In this document: in pieces, positions 38,075-49,625 of the stretch
Layout: each line of letters opens with the position of its first letter
Position numbering within the stretch: position 1 is the stretch's first letter
Source of the DNA: Raja brachyura
Taxonomy: Eukaryota
Reading direction: 5' to 3'
Assembly: GCA_963514005.1 (NCBI GenBank)
Contig: OY740801.1
Coordinates: 27,156,001-27,220,000 of the forward strand
DNA: 64,000 bases
Program-made: the position numbers and the translations under genes
Notes under the pieces: model-generated
The model's input: only the letters and a program-made list of their open reading frames with translations
Databases searched by the model: none
Told to the model about the DNA's origin: nothing

Positions 38075-38641
38075 TATGGAGTTCCCAGGACCAAGAGATT
38101 CCAAACTCATCGTTGTTAGTGGACCTTCGCGAGCGGGCGCGCGCTTAGGTCCCAGTTCCCACTTCCTGGCATGGTTCATCTTCGGTTCATGTGCCTACTA
38201 TGTTAAGTGATTGTGCTTATGTTTTTCTCCGTAGAGACGCTCATCGCTCGCCGTTACAGCGGGTGTACGAGGGTCCATACAAGGTGCTCCATACTGGTGT
38301 TTTGACGTTTACGTTGGACATGGGTGGCAGAGAGGAGTTCGTCTCCATGAGCCGCCCTAAGCCAGCACATGTCGACGAGGATAGCCCAGTGACAGTGGCT
38401 ACTCCACGGCGTAGAGGACATCCACCTGCCGTTTTACCGCCCTCTGCACCTGTTTGTTCCCGGTCGTGTTTCTACTCGGTCCGAGTTACGCCCGTACCTC
38501 GTTCGCGTTTTTCGCGCCCCTCTGGTCCTGTTTTACCGGTCCCTAATGTTACGCTCGCCTCGCGACCTCGGACTACGCATTCCGGTCGAACCGTCCGTTT
38601 ACCCGTGCGTTTCTGTACCGCGGATTTTTTTGGGGGGGGCA
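38075..38641 (+). mobile_element. Gypsy/Ty3 LTR retrotransposon 3' internal fragment
   Basis: YVFLRRDAHRSPLQRVYEGPYKVL (integrase GPY/F module) and a polypurine tract GGGGGGGG just before the LTR. CpG-rich. Confidence 0.8.
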
Positions 38642-38875
38642 TGTAGCGGCGCCCGCTAGCGCACACATATATCGCTACCATATATCAACCCGGCGATCGG
38701 AAGCCGCGGTCACATGACTCGAGAGGGGCTGCTTGTTTTGCGCGGTTTTTCACGCGTTAGTTCAGCGCTGACCACCGTAGTGGGCAGACGTGTCTGAAGA
38801 ACCTGTATACAGTATATCGAACATTTGAATAAAGATCTGTTTAAAACTCCAGTAGTCATTTCTCAGACCACTAAA
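38642..38875 (+). repeat. 3' LTR of the Gypsy element
   Basis: Starts TGTAGCGG after the PPT, has AATAAA at 38828, and ends CCACTAAA, an imperfect inverse of the 5' end. Confidence 0.7.
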
Positions 38876-39239
38876 GCAGCCTGAATCTTCCAGAGATGAA
38901 TCTCCAGAGATGCCGCCTAACCGGGTGAGTTACTCCATCATTTATGTTTTGCTTTTACATAAAGAAAATCAACTTACTTGGGAAGCAGAATCAGTTTAAA
39001 GAAGGAAAGAGAAACCACAATTAAACCAATGTAATTTATCCACAAAAATGCAGTTGGTACTTCTACATTATGTCCAAAAAATCAACAATGGTTCACTTAA
39101 AAGAGAAAATCAAAAAACTAGAACAGAAACCAAAAGTGCTGGAAATGCTCGACCTGTCAGGCTGCAGCTGGGGAAGCCAAACGGAGTCAGTGTGTCAGTT
39201 AGAGACCTTTCATCATAACTGAAAAGGAGACATTGAATG

Positions 39240-39543
39240 GAACAGTTGAGCTGCCTCACAGTGCCAGATACCTGGATTCGCTCCTGACCTTAGGTGCTGT
39301 CTGTGTGGAGCTTGCACATTCTCCCTGTGACCATGTGGGTTTCCTCCGGCGCTCTTGTTTCCTCCCACAATCCAAAGACGTGCGGGTTTGGACATTAATT
39401 AGCCTCTGTAAATTGCCCCTAGCATGTAGGAGGTCGATGAGAAAGTGGGGCGACATAGAACTTGTGAGAACGGGTGATCGATGGTCAGTATGGACTAGGT
39501 GGGCCAAACATCCCATTTCCATGCTGTGTCTTTCAATCAAACG
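39240..39543 (+). mobile_element. HE1/V-type SINE
   Basis: GAGCTGCCTCACAGTGCCAGATACCTGGATTCGCTCC head, V-core and CR1-like tail. Confidence 0.8.
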
Positions 39544-40002
39544 AAAGAAGTCTGGGGAGATTCGGGGGATGTATTTGTATTGTTCTATTCTATGTTATTC
39601 TGGAGGGGGGGGGGGGGGGATGCAGGAAATGGATGAAATGCTGCCTGGGGCTTCTTTAAGAATAATAGAGTGGAAGCCATGGGTTCACCTCAACGGACAT
39701 GCCCCTCCCCACCAGGCACGTGCCGTGAGTTATTACTCAGGGTAGGCAGTCAGTCGGCTTTAAAAAAAAACTTAAACCGCGCATGCGCAGATTGTTCTCT
39801 CCGTAAAAATAAAAAATAAAAATAAATACAGTAATAATTTAATTTTCCCAAGGCTTCCAAGTCTCCTTTATTCTGAATTACTGAATGGGTGGGGGGTGAA
39901 GGGTGATGGCAGGTGGAGAGATGGTGGGAAAAACAGCACAGGGAAAAGTTGAATCAGTTGCCATCTTATTAAATGACAACTCTTGTTCAAGGGACCAATT
40001 GA

Positions 40003-40695
40003 GGGGAGAGTTCCTTTCACAGGGTGTCTGTGCCAGGGGTAAAGTTGCTGGGAGGGCAGGAGTGTTGAGAATGAGGGGGTCGGGGATAATGCAAGTAACC
40101 CCCTCACTCACCACTGCCGCAGCGCTTCGGGCGCGGAGCCACCACATTGTGGCGGGGAGGGAAGTAGCTCGGGCAGCTGTAAGCGGCCGCCGGGACCCGA
40201 CAGCGGAACTGGCCGCCACTTCAGCGCCTTCTGCCGGCCCGCTCACCTCTGGCAGTGCTCTTCGTCTGAACACCTCTCATCTGCCGCTCGCCGACTTTGT
40301 TCATGTCAGCCGCTTCCTGCAAATCCTTAAATGCCAACAACCGAGTAACTTCAATCGCGCTGTCGGAATTTAAGGATTTGCGGGAAGCAGCTGACATAAG
40401 TGAGGCCAGCGAGCGGAAGGAGAGAGGTTTTTAGACAGAGAGCTGCCAGAGGTGAGCGGGGGCCGGCAGAAGGCGCTGAGGTGGTGACCGGTTCCGATGT
40501 CTGGCCCAGCGGCCACTCACAGCCACCCAAGCTACTTCTTCCCCCAGCCTCAATGCGATGGCATTGCACGCCTCCGTGCAAGGGGCGTCGCAAGTGGCAT
40601 GATCCCGACCCCCTCCTTCACAACACTCCTGCCCTCCCAGCAACTTTACCCCTGGCCAGACTCCCCAAACGCTGTGAAAGGAACTCCCCCACCCC
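40003..40695. repeat. About 700-bp GC-rich palindrome (foldback)
   Basis: The left arm GAGTTCCTTTCACAG...GCCAGGGGTAAAGTTGCTGGGAGGGCAGGAGTGTTG...GCAAATCCTTAAAT is mirrored by ATTTAAGGATTTGC...CAACACTCCTGCCCTCCCAGCAACTTTACCCCTGGC...CTGTGAAAGGAACTC. Spacer at about 40340-40360. Confidence 0.9.
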
Positions 40696-42452
40696 GGGAA
40701 ATACGTTATTTAAAAACATATAACACCAAGAAATGTACTTACCACATTATCAGTACACAAACTCCATTCTTCTCTCTTTGTTTCCTAAGATACACTTAAG
40801 ATAATGGCAATCCATATTTGAAAAACCCGCCAAGAAACTAGCGCTGCGCATGCGCAATAGGCTGCTGCGCTTGTGCAGTACAGCAAAGGCAGAGTTTCAG
40901 CTGCCTTCAGCTCCCCTTGAAAATGACGGCCTGAAGCAGCGTCGATTCAGTGGGCCGAAGGGCTTGTTTCCAAGCTGCATCTGTAAAGACTAAACTAAGG
41001 GAGCAGATGTGAAAAAGCCTAAAACTGGAAGACTTCAAAGATGTAGTGTTTGGAGGAACAAGAGGAGAAAGAAATAGACGCAAAAGTCAGGACAACTACA
41101 AAGCTTAGGGAAGGAAATAAGTCAGTCAGTCAAAGTATTAAATTAAGGAATGTGATGTATCGTTCTTTGTTTAGAACTATGACACAGGCCCATTTTTCAA
41201 TAATTTAAAGTGTATAACCAGGTTATGCATCATTTAGCACACCGTCAGGAACTGGCTTTGCTTTGCATGGACTTGGCTGTGACGTTCTCCAGAGATGAAT
41301 AGGCCATTTATAGTCATTATCTAGGCTTATGTATGAATGTTGCCCACTTGGACAAGACACCAGAGGGCATTCAGCCAAAGCCCTCAATGTCAATGCCTTC
41401 ATAAACAGAAGGAAGGAGGAAAACACAATCTTTGATTCTTTGTCCAATGTGCAAGAGGGCATTCAGCTGCTTTAAGCAATCCTTGTTTTATCCCATTCGC
41501 GAGCAATGCTTTCCATTAAAGTGTGCAATAATTCATTAATATTGACAACAAGGGTTTCTTCAAAACAGTGACATTTTTTTCGCCCCCTTCAGGCCTGACT
41601 GCGAGAAAGACAGAAATTTGGCTTGAGATGAATTATATCCGCTTAGCACCAATCTGCTCCTAACAGTCAGTTGAAGAGCATTAACTGGACCATATTGCTG
41701 GCTGGGAATGCCTAATCTTGAGCGAGGGCCAGGAAGCCAGAATGGAAAGAACTGACTGAGGAAGCCAGCCTTGAAAATGGAAGCATTAAACAAAAGAGGG
41801 GAAGAAAAATAAAATAACATATCACAGCTAATACCAAATTAAAACTTTGATGAGCATTGAAAGATAAAAAATTTAATTAGAGTCATGGAGTCATAAAGCA
41901 TGGAAACCGGCCCTTTGGCCGAACTTGTCCATGCCAACCAAGATGCGCCATCTCAGCGAGTTCCCCCCCCCCCCATCCATGTTTGGCCAACATCCCTCAA
42001 AACCTTTCCTATCCATGTTCCTGTCCAACTTTGAAAACTAGTTAACATAATAAATGTTTCAGTCACTATTAAAAGTAAGATATTAATATTTTTAGGATTA
42101 GTGTTAAAAATGTTAATGACGAGGAATTGTTGTGAGAACAAAGTGGGGAATGAGCTCTAGGTTTTGGTTTATTACTGTCATGTGTACTGAAGTACAGTGA
42201 AATGCTTTGTTTTGGATGCTACCCAATCAGATCAGATAGTACAAAGCAGAGCAAATAGGTAAAATCCAGAGTGCAGAATATAGTTCTCAGCATTGAAGTG
42301 CATCAGATTCCTGGATAAAGTCCAATGTCCAGGCAACTGATGCACGAATGGGGTGGAGGTGAATCAGACAGTAAGTACCATAGCGAATGGAAGGACCATT
42401 CAGAAGCCTGACAACAGAGGGGATGAAGCTGTTCCCGAGTCTGATAGTGTAA

Positions 42453-43400
42453 TATACTATTACTAAAACTCTCATCTTGACCACTACCAGTCTGAGTTAT
42501 AATTAAATTAGCGCAAAAACGCTACCCTGTATCGCTAGGATTTTTCCGCCACCTTACCCACAGGTCTCCTCTGCTCCAACCCACTAAGTTTTGTTCCGAT
42601 AATTGAATATTAGAAAAGTTATGAAGGTTTAAAAAACCGTGAGATCAGCAGATTGGTCTTCTCGCCTGTCACTCACCATGAAGGTAACGCCTCTTCCGGC
42701 ACCCGCTGGAGAAAAAAAACCCCGGAGGCAGGGCTGAGTAAACAAGCCGTGCTGATTGAGTCCGCAAGAGTGGAGTCGGGAAAGCCGCTGTGTGGAGTCG
42801 GGAAAGCCGCTGTGTGGTGCCACGGCCGGTGGCCTCTGAGTGGAATCCCTTCCCGCCCACACCCCCCTACACACCCCCTTCTCGCCTCCCCGCATACCAC
42901 CCTCCCCCCACACACACCCCCTTTACCCCTCCATTCCTCCCTCCTTCCCCTACCTTCTCTCCTCCCTCTCCCCCCACACACACCCCCTCCCCCACACATC
43001 CTCCCTCCTCCACACCTCCTCCCTCCCCCACACCTCCCTCCCCCCCCACACCCCCCCTCCCCACAGCCCTCCCCTCCCCCACACCCCCTCCACTCCCACA
43101 CCCCTCCCCTCCCACACCCCCTCCACTCCCACACCCCTCCCCTCCCACACCCCCTCCCCTACACCCCCTCCTTCAACCTCCCCCACCCCCCTTCACCCTC
43201 CCACCCCATCCCCCTCCCCCACCCCCCCTTCCCCCACACACCCCTCCCCCACTCGCCCTCACCACCCCCCTCCCCCACACCGTCCCCCTCCCCTACACCG
43301 CCCCTCTCCCCCACGCCACCCCCTCTCCCCCACGCCACCCCCTCTCCCCCACCCACACCCCCCCCCTCCCCCACACCACCCCCCCTCCCCCACACAATCG
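42453..43400 (+). mobile_element. Helitron-like element, same subfamily as 8661-9604, 3' end missing
   Basis: TATACTATTACTAAAACTCTCATCTTG start. Collinear with the reverse complement of about 9120-9600 (CACCATGAAGGTA, GGAGTCGGGAAAGCCGCTG repeats), followed by a C-rich tract. Confidence 0.72.
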
Positions 43401-45673
43401 CCCCCAGCTCCACGATGTAATCAGCTGGCCGAACACGGCAATCCCCGGTAAGGCATTGCCTGCTCCGTGATGGAATTCAGTGCTGCGCCACTGTTGAAGC
43501 TCTGGCTGGTCTCCGGCAGGAAAGACCCCGCCAATCCAGATGGTGGGTCGCGAGGGGGGGACGGCGAAGATGTCTCAGAGAATAGACGCATCCCAACCAG
43601 GAAGTGACTGGGAAACGGTTACCCCCTTCCCCTCCCCACCTCCCCCACATAAAAAAGATTAAGAAACCTCCAGGAACATACTTTTAAACAGACCAAAAAT
43701 AACAAAAAGGGTGAAAGGACGAACAGATTGCTGGCGAGGCCACCCGATAAACCGTACATATAATGTTTAAGGAAGAACTGCAGATGCTGGAAAAATCGAA
43801 GGTGGACAAGAGATGCTGGAGAAACTCAGCAGGTGAGGCAGCATCTATGGAGAGAAGGAATTGGCGACGTTTCGGGTCAAGTCCCTTCTTCAAACTGTAC
43901 ATATAAATTGAGTTAAAGCCGACAACAGCACAAGTGTAGATTGTCATTGAGGTTCCCTTCTGACAAAGACCAAATTAGTATTTGTAGAATTACAGTTTTA
44001 AATTTAAGCATAAATTGCTAATCAGGCAGCCAACCTCCAAGAACCCCCCCTCCCCCCGCCACTGGCTTTTATCCCCCCCACCCCCTCCCATCTTTCCTGA
44101 AACCTGGCTGATCTCGCCCCCCCCCCCCCCCCCATCCATGTACCATTTACAATAGATGCACAATTTGCAACTTTTCTAACCATTAACAACAATTTGGAAC
44201 TCTTTATCATGTCAGGCCCACACCTGTCTCCTTATCTCTATCCAACAATCTGCCAATCAAATAAACCCCGCGCCTGTGTTCACCTGTTACCGGCCATGCT
44301 CTGTCCTGCCCTCCCCTTTTCCAGGTTTCTTTCCTGCCTCTCCTACAATCATACAATGGAAGGGTTCCGACCCAAATTGTCGCCTAAACATGTTCTCCTG
44401 GGATGCCTCAAACGCTGAGTTACACCAACATTTCGTGTCAATCTTTGGTATAAACCAGCATCTGCAGTTCCTTGTTATCACACTGCTAGCCTTATTATTT
44501 TTAAGACTCAAATGAGGAAACACATTACCTGCATGGCAAATAAATGTTGGTTCTTACCTCAGTGTTCTTCATATTGAATGACAGGGGTTGGTTAGGGAAT
44601 AGCCAAGCATAGTTTTGTACGTGGGAGATTATTTCTCACGAATCCGAGTTAGATTTTGGAAGAAGTAACCAAGAAGGTCGATGAGGGCAGGGCCATAGAC
44701 ATGGGGCAGCTTGGTTGGCATGGATGAGATGAACCGAAGGACCCGTTTCTCTGCTGTATGACTCTGATTCTTTTCTTGTTAATTGGTTTCACAGCATTCA
44801 TATGTTTTTCATTCCAAGTTTGTACAAGACCGCACTTAAACCATTTTTCATTCCTTCCAACAGTTAATGACAAATTGGATCTATAACAACTTTCCAGCAG
44901 GAACCAAAGGGTAATGGTTAGTAGGTGTTTTTGTGACTAGAAGATTGTTATTGCGGGATTCCCCAAGGCTCAGCATTCATTTCTTTGCTTCCAATGTATT
45001 ATATTATTGATTTACACTTAAACTTAAACATGATAAAGAAGTTTGTAGATTATGCAAAATGTTATGTGCTTAAATACGAGGGTGAACGTTTCTTAATGCA
45101 GGAAGGTAAGATGTCCTGGTCATTTGGATAGAGAGAAAAGCAAAATTACATATGGAATTTAATCCAGAGAAGTGTAAGAAAATGTAATTAGGATATACAA
45201 CAAGCATGACAACATACAATAAATGGGAGGATATTGTGTGGTGTGGAACTGGGGGATTTAGCAGTTTATGTTTTCAAGAGAGAGTTACATTTAGCTCTTA
45301 TGGATCAAGGGATATGGGGGAAAAGCCAGAACGGGGTACTGATTTTGGATGATCAGCCATGATCTTATTCAATGGTGGTGCTGGCTCGAAGGGCCGAATG
45401 GCCTACTCCTGAACCTATTTTCTATGTCCACTGACACTTAAAGGTAACTGGGTAGGTATAAATACATAAGGGATGTTTTCTTTCATTAGCATTTAAGAGG
45501 AAAGGTATATTGGAACAGCATACAACACTAGCTCTCAACCCGAAATGTCACCTATTCCTTTTCTCCAGTGATGCTGCCTGACCTACTGAGTTACTCCAGC
45601 ATTTTGTGTATATCACTAGTTTTCAACAGCTGGGTTTTGTGTACAATTGTGTAGAATTCACCACCATGATAAA

Positions 45674-47436
45674 TAGAGCCAGGATGTTTAGGCACTAAAA
45701 ATCTCTGAAATAAGCAGGCAAAAAGGCATAATAAAATTACAAAAATGGCACGAAAAAGACATTTATTGACAAACAAGGCACGAAAATGGCATTTATTGAC
45801 AAAAAAGGCTTAAAAACGCAATTATTTCCATCACCAAAATATGATTAAAAATGATAATATAAAGGTATACTACATTAAATTAACAAAGTTGTCTGGTTGC
45901 ACATAGCTACTAGCATTTTTATCAAATTATCTGGTGTTAAACTATGCCATCAGACAGAATATGCTTCAGTTGTGAAAAACTTCTTTCTACCCCAGCTAAG
46001 GTCATTGGTGCATACTTGAAACATGGTACAAACTCTACATTCATGTTGATATCTTGTGCAATACAACTACCTTTGAGAACTTTAGCTATGTTTTGTATTT
46101 CTGCAAGATCTTTGTTAGCTAAAATCACTCTCTCACATTTTCCTTGTATGTCTTTACCTACATCGCCAGGAACTTTAAGTACAAAGTACAGCAAGTGAAG
46201 ATGTAAACAACTGAGCAATAGTTGTGCTCTTTGACTTCTCCAATACGTCCGATGTCAAGAAATACTCCTTTGATGGTTGACCTGCCTCCAGTTTACCGAT
46301 GACCACATTGGCAACATATCTCCCCACAGCATCGGTTGTCTCGTCTATTGAGATCCATATTTTGTTGCATGCAACTTCATCTCTAATTTTCTGCACAACA
46401 ATGTTGAAGTATCTGTCAACATAATTTTTCCGTAATGATGACTCGCATGGTATTTGTTCCTCTGTGTATTTCTCTAAAAAACCTCTGAGAGATTTGTTTT
46501 CCAAATTCCACAGTGGAATTGCAGCATCAATGAATGCTTTGCCTAGATCACTCGAAAACTCAGATTTGGGACTGGAGCCAGCAGTAAATGTTGTGAGGAG
46601 ACAAGCTTGCGTATTTCCTACCTTCAGTTTCTCTGCCGCCGACTTGTGTTTAGCTGTCTGTACATGCTGGGAGACGAAATATTTATTCTCATGATTCACT
46701 GCTTTCTCACATGCTTTGCAAAACAGCACACAGTTGTCTGTAGAAAATATATCACTCTCACCAAATCATTCAGTTTTTTTACAAGGTGTTGACTAGACTT
46801 TAGGCATTTTGACGCTTGCAGGGGTAGATCCGACAGGAACGGGGATGCAGACCTCTACAGGCAGGACAAGTATAAGCTGAGAAGAGGAATCAGAGCTGCC
46901 AAGGAAAGATACTCTGAGAGGGTGAGGAACAAGTTCTCAGCAAATGACTCTTCTTCAGTGCGGAAGGGCTTGCAAGAAATCACAAGCTACAAGAGGAAAA
47001 CCCCTCGCTCCTTGGACAATCGTCAGCTGACCAACGACCTGAACGAGTTCTACTGCAGGTTCGATAAACAGCCCTGATATCCCCCACAACCCATCCCCAA
47101 CCAACACTTCACACCTACTCACAGCTTGACTCCAGTTTGAAAAGACTAGATCCTTCCCCCACCTACTCCTCCCCATTCACCATTTCACACCTTCTTAAAG
47201 CATGACTCCAGTCTGCAAAGACTGGACCCTTTCCCATGCACCCCTCTCCAATCACCACGTCACACACCCTGACAGATGGGTTTCGCCCCGGTGGCTAACT
47301 TTTCTTGTAAGTTACGTTAAAATGGTTAAAAAAAGGCTGATTTAGGCACTCAATCGTGAAAAACGCATTATCTTCCTGAAATCATCAAAAAAGGCATGAA
47401 AAGGCACATGGCATTAATAGCAAAATCCTGACTCTA
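45674..47436 (-). mobile_element. hAT-superfamily transposon (CGGBP1-like transposase, internally deleted), copy 2
   Basis: TIRs TAGAGCCAGGAT / ATCCTGACTCTA and an 8-bp TSD ATGATAAA / ATGATAAC. ORFs 46175-46729 (FCKAC zinc finger, IWISIDETTD) and 45937-46218 (VERSFSQLK). Confidence 0.92.
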
Positions 47437-49209
47437 ATGATAACAAAGATGTAATTGCTTTGAAAGGGTGTAGAAGCAATTTACAAAGATGTTGCCATGA
47501 CAGTAACGTTTTAGCTCTGAAGAAATAGGATAAACTAAGGTTATTTTCTTTGGAACAGAGGAAGATGAGGGAGACACAAGACACTATGGATGCTGGAATC
47601 TTAAGCCAAAGGCAAACAGTTAGGGGAACTCAACGAGACAGACAGCATCTGTGGATGGAAATGGACAGACGACATTTCAGGTTAGGAACCTCTGTACACA
47701 TGATCGTGATGGGTTTACAGGGGTGAAAGTAACACATTTATTGTTGATATGTTCACTCAAGACCTCTTACCAGTACGATCATGTTGTGACAAAGAGTCAG
47801 CTGTCTTCTTACTGCTCTGTCATAGAGAGTCATTTAGCGGGCATTTCTGGGGCACTAGGAAATGTCTATATTTCTTCACAGTGGGGTCAAGAACTTGGAT
47901 ATTGGGAGGTGGTGGTACGCAGATTTAAAGTAATTCTTAAAGGATTACAAAGAAGAACTGCAATTAACATTGGTACAAATAATATAGATACAATGAGGGA
48001 TGAGGTCCTGCAACTTGAACTTTGTGAGCTGAGTAGCAGATTGGAAAACAGGTACAACAATAAAAAAAATGGTGAGTTTCTCCAGCATTTTTATCTACCT
48101 TTGATTTTTCCAGCATCTACAGATCCTTCTTAAACAAGCAGCATCTGTGGGTAGTTTACAATCCAACGGTATATACATTGAATTCTCCAATTTTAGGTAC
48201 CCTTTAACAACCCCTGTCCTCTTTCTCCCCAACACCACCACTTTCTCCCCTCCCCCCCCCCTCATTCCCTATGCCCCACCTGAACTATCTATTTCTCCCC
48301 TCCCCATCTTCCTGCTCCTATATTCCTTCTCTGGCTTCACAATATGCAACTTCAATTCTGTCTCACCCCTTCTGCTTTTATCTCTGGCCTTTGTTCCAAT
48401 CATCCGCCTAACAAAAACCACCCTTTCCTGTGTCCACCTATTACCTGTCACGCTTTGTCCTGCATCTCCTCTCTTCTAGCTACCACCCCCCCGACCCCCC
48501 CCAAACCTACAATCAGTCTGAAGAAGGGTTCCTACCCGAGACATCATCTATCTATGTTCTCTAGAGATGCCGCCTGATTCACTGAGCTACTCCAGCACTT
48601 CATGTTTTATCTGTGGGAAGAGTTTAGTTCAGTTTAAAAGAACAGCATGGAAACAGACACTCTAAAGTACTTAATTGTTTAATAGGTTTTGTGGGAACAT
48701 CAGAAGATATGGAAATGAAAGTCACTTGTTAAAAACCCCATGGGGTAATTTGTTCAGTTTTACTATTTTGTTCTTAGTCCAAAAAAATTATAACACTTAT
48801 TAACTCAAAAAATGCAGGAAATGGGTGCGATATAATAATGAGAAAAATATTCATGCCGATTCATTAGAAAATTCCACTTATGCACTATAACATCTATTGA
48901 AAATCCAAACAATGAATGCTCAGATCCATTTGGCTTTTGTGTGTCACTATACCCAAGACATTAACATATTCCCCCAAAATATTCTGCCTTTCCACATTCC
49001 TTCAACATATTTCTCCATTTCCAGCTCTGTCGATTCAAGTTCCCACTTGATTCTCCCCATAGTTCCAAAATTTTAAATTCTCAACAAAGAATTGCCAACG
49101 TTATTAATTTTCTGCTCAGTCTTACAGGACAGATAACATTCATCATCATTGTGGTCCCAATATCATGATCAAAATCGCTAAAAATAAACTTAGTATCAAT
49201 GTGTAACTT

Positions 49210-49625
49210 AGAAACATAGAAACATAGAAAATAGGTGCAGGAGTAGGCCATTCGGCCCTTCGAGCCTGCACCGCCATTCAATATGATCATGGATGATCAT
49301 CCAACTGAGTATCCCCTACCTGCCTTCTCTCCATACCCCCCCGATCCCCATAACCACAAGGGCCACATCTAACTCCCTCTTAAATATAGCCTCAACTACC
49401 TTCTGTGGCAGAGAATTCCAGAGATTCACCACTCTCTGTGTGAAAAATGTTTTTCTCATCTCGGTCCTAAAAGATTTCCCCCTTATCCTTAAACTGTGAC
49501 CCCTTGCCCTGGACTTCCCCAACATCGGGAACAATCTTCCTGCATCTAGCCTGTCCAACCCCTTAAGGATTTTGTAAGTTTCTATAAGATCCCCCCTCAA
49601 TCTTCTAAATTCTAGTGAGTACTAG
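49210..49625 (-). mobile_element. CR1 LINE 3' fragment
   Basis: RGDLIETYKILKGLDRLDAGRLFP...FFTQRVVNLWNSLP and a (TTTCTATG)n tail. Confidence 0.9.

Noticed and set aside
39765-39805. NRF1 site GCGCATGCGC as a promoter
   Set aside because: The surrounding sequence matches the Helitron interior at about 17753-17797, so it is probably a repeat fragment.
42653-43470. Proline-rich ORFs of 200-255 aa
   Set aside because: C-rich low-complexity tract, open in all frames, with no splice or domain evidence.
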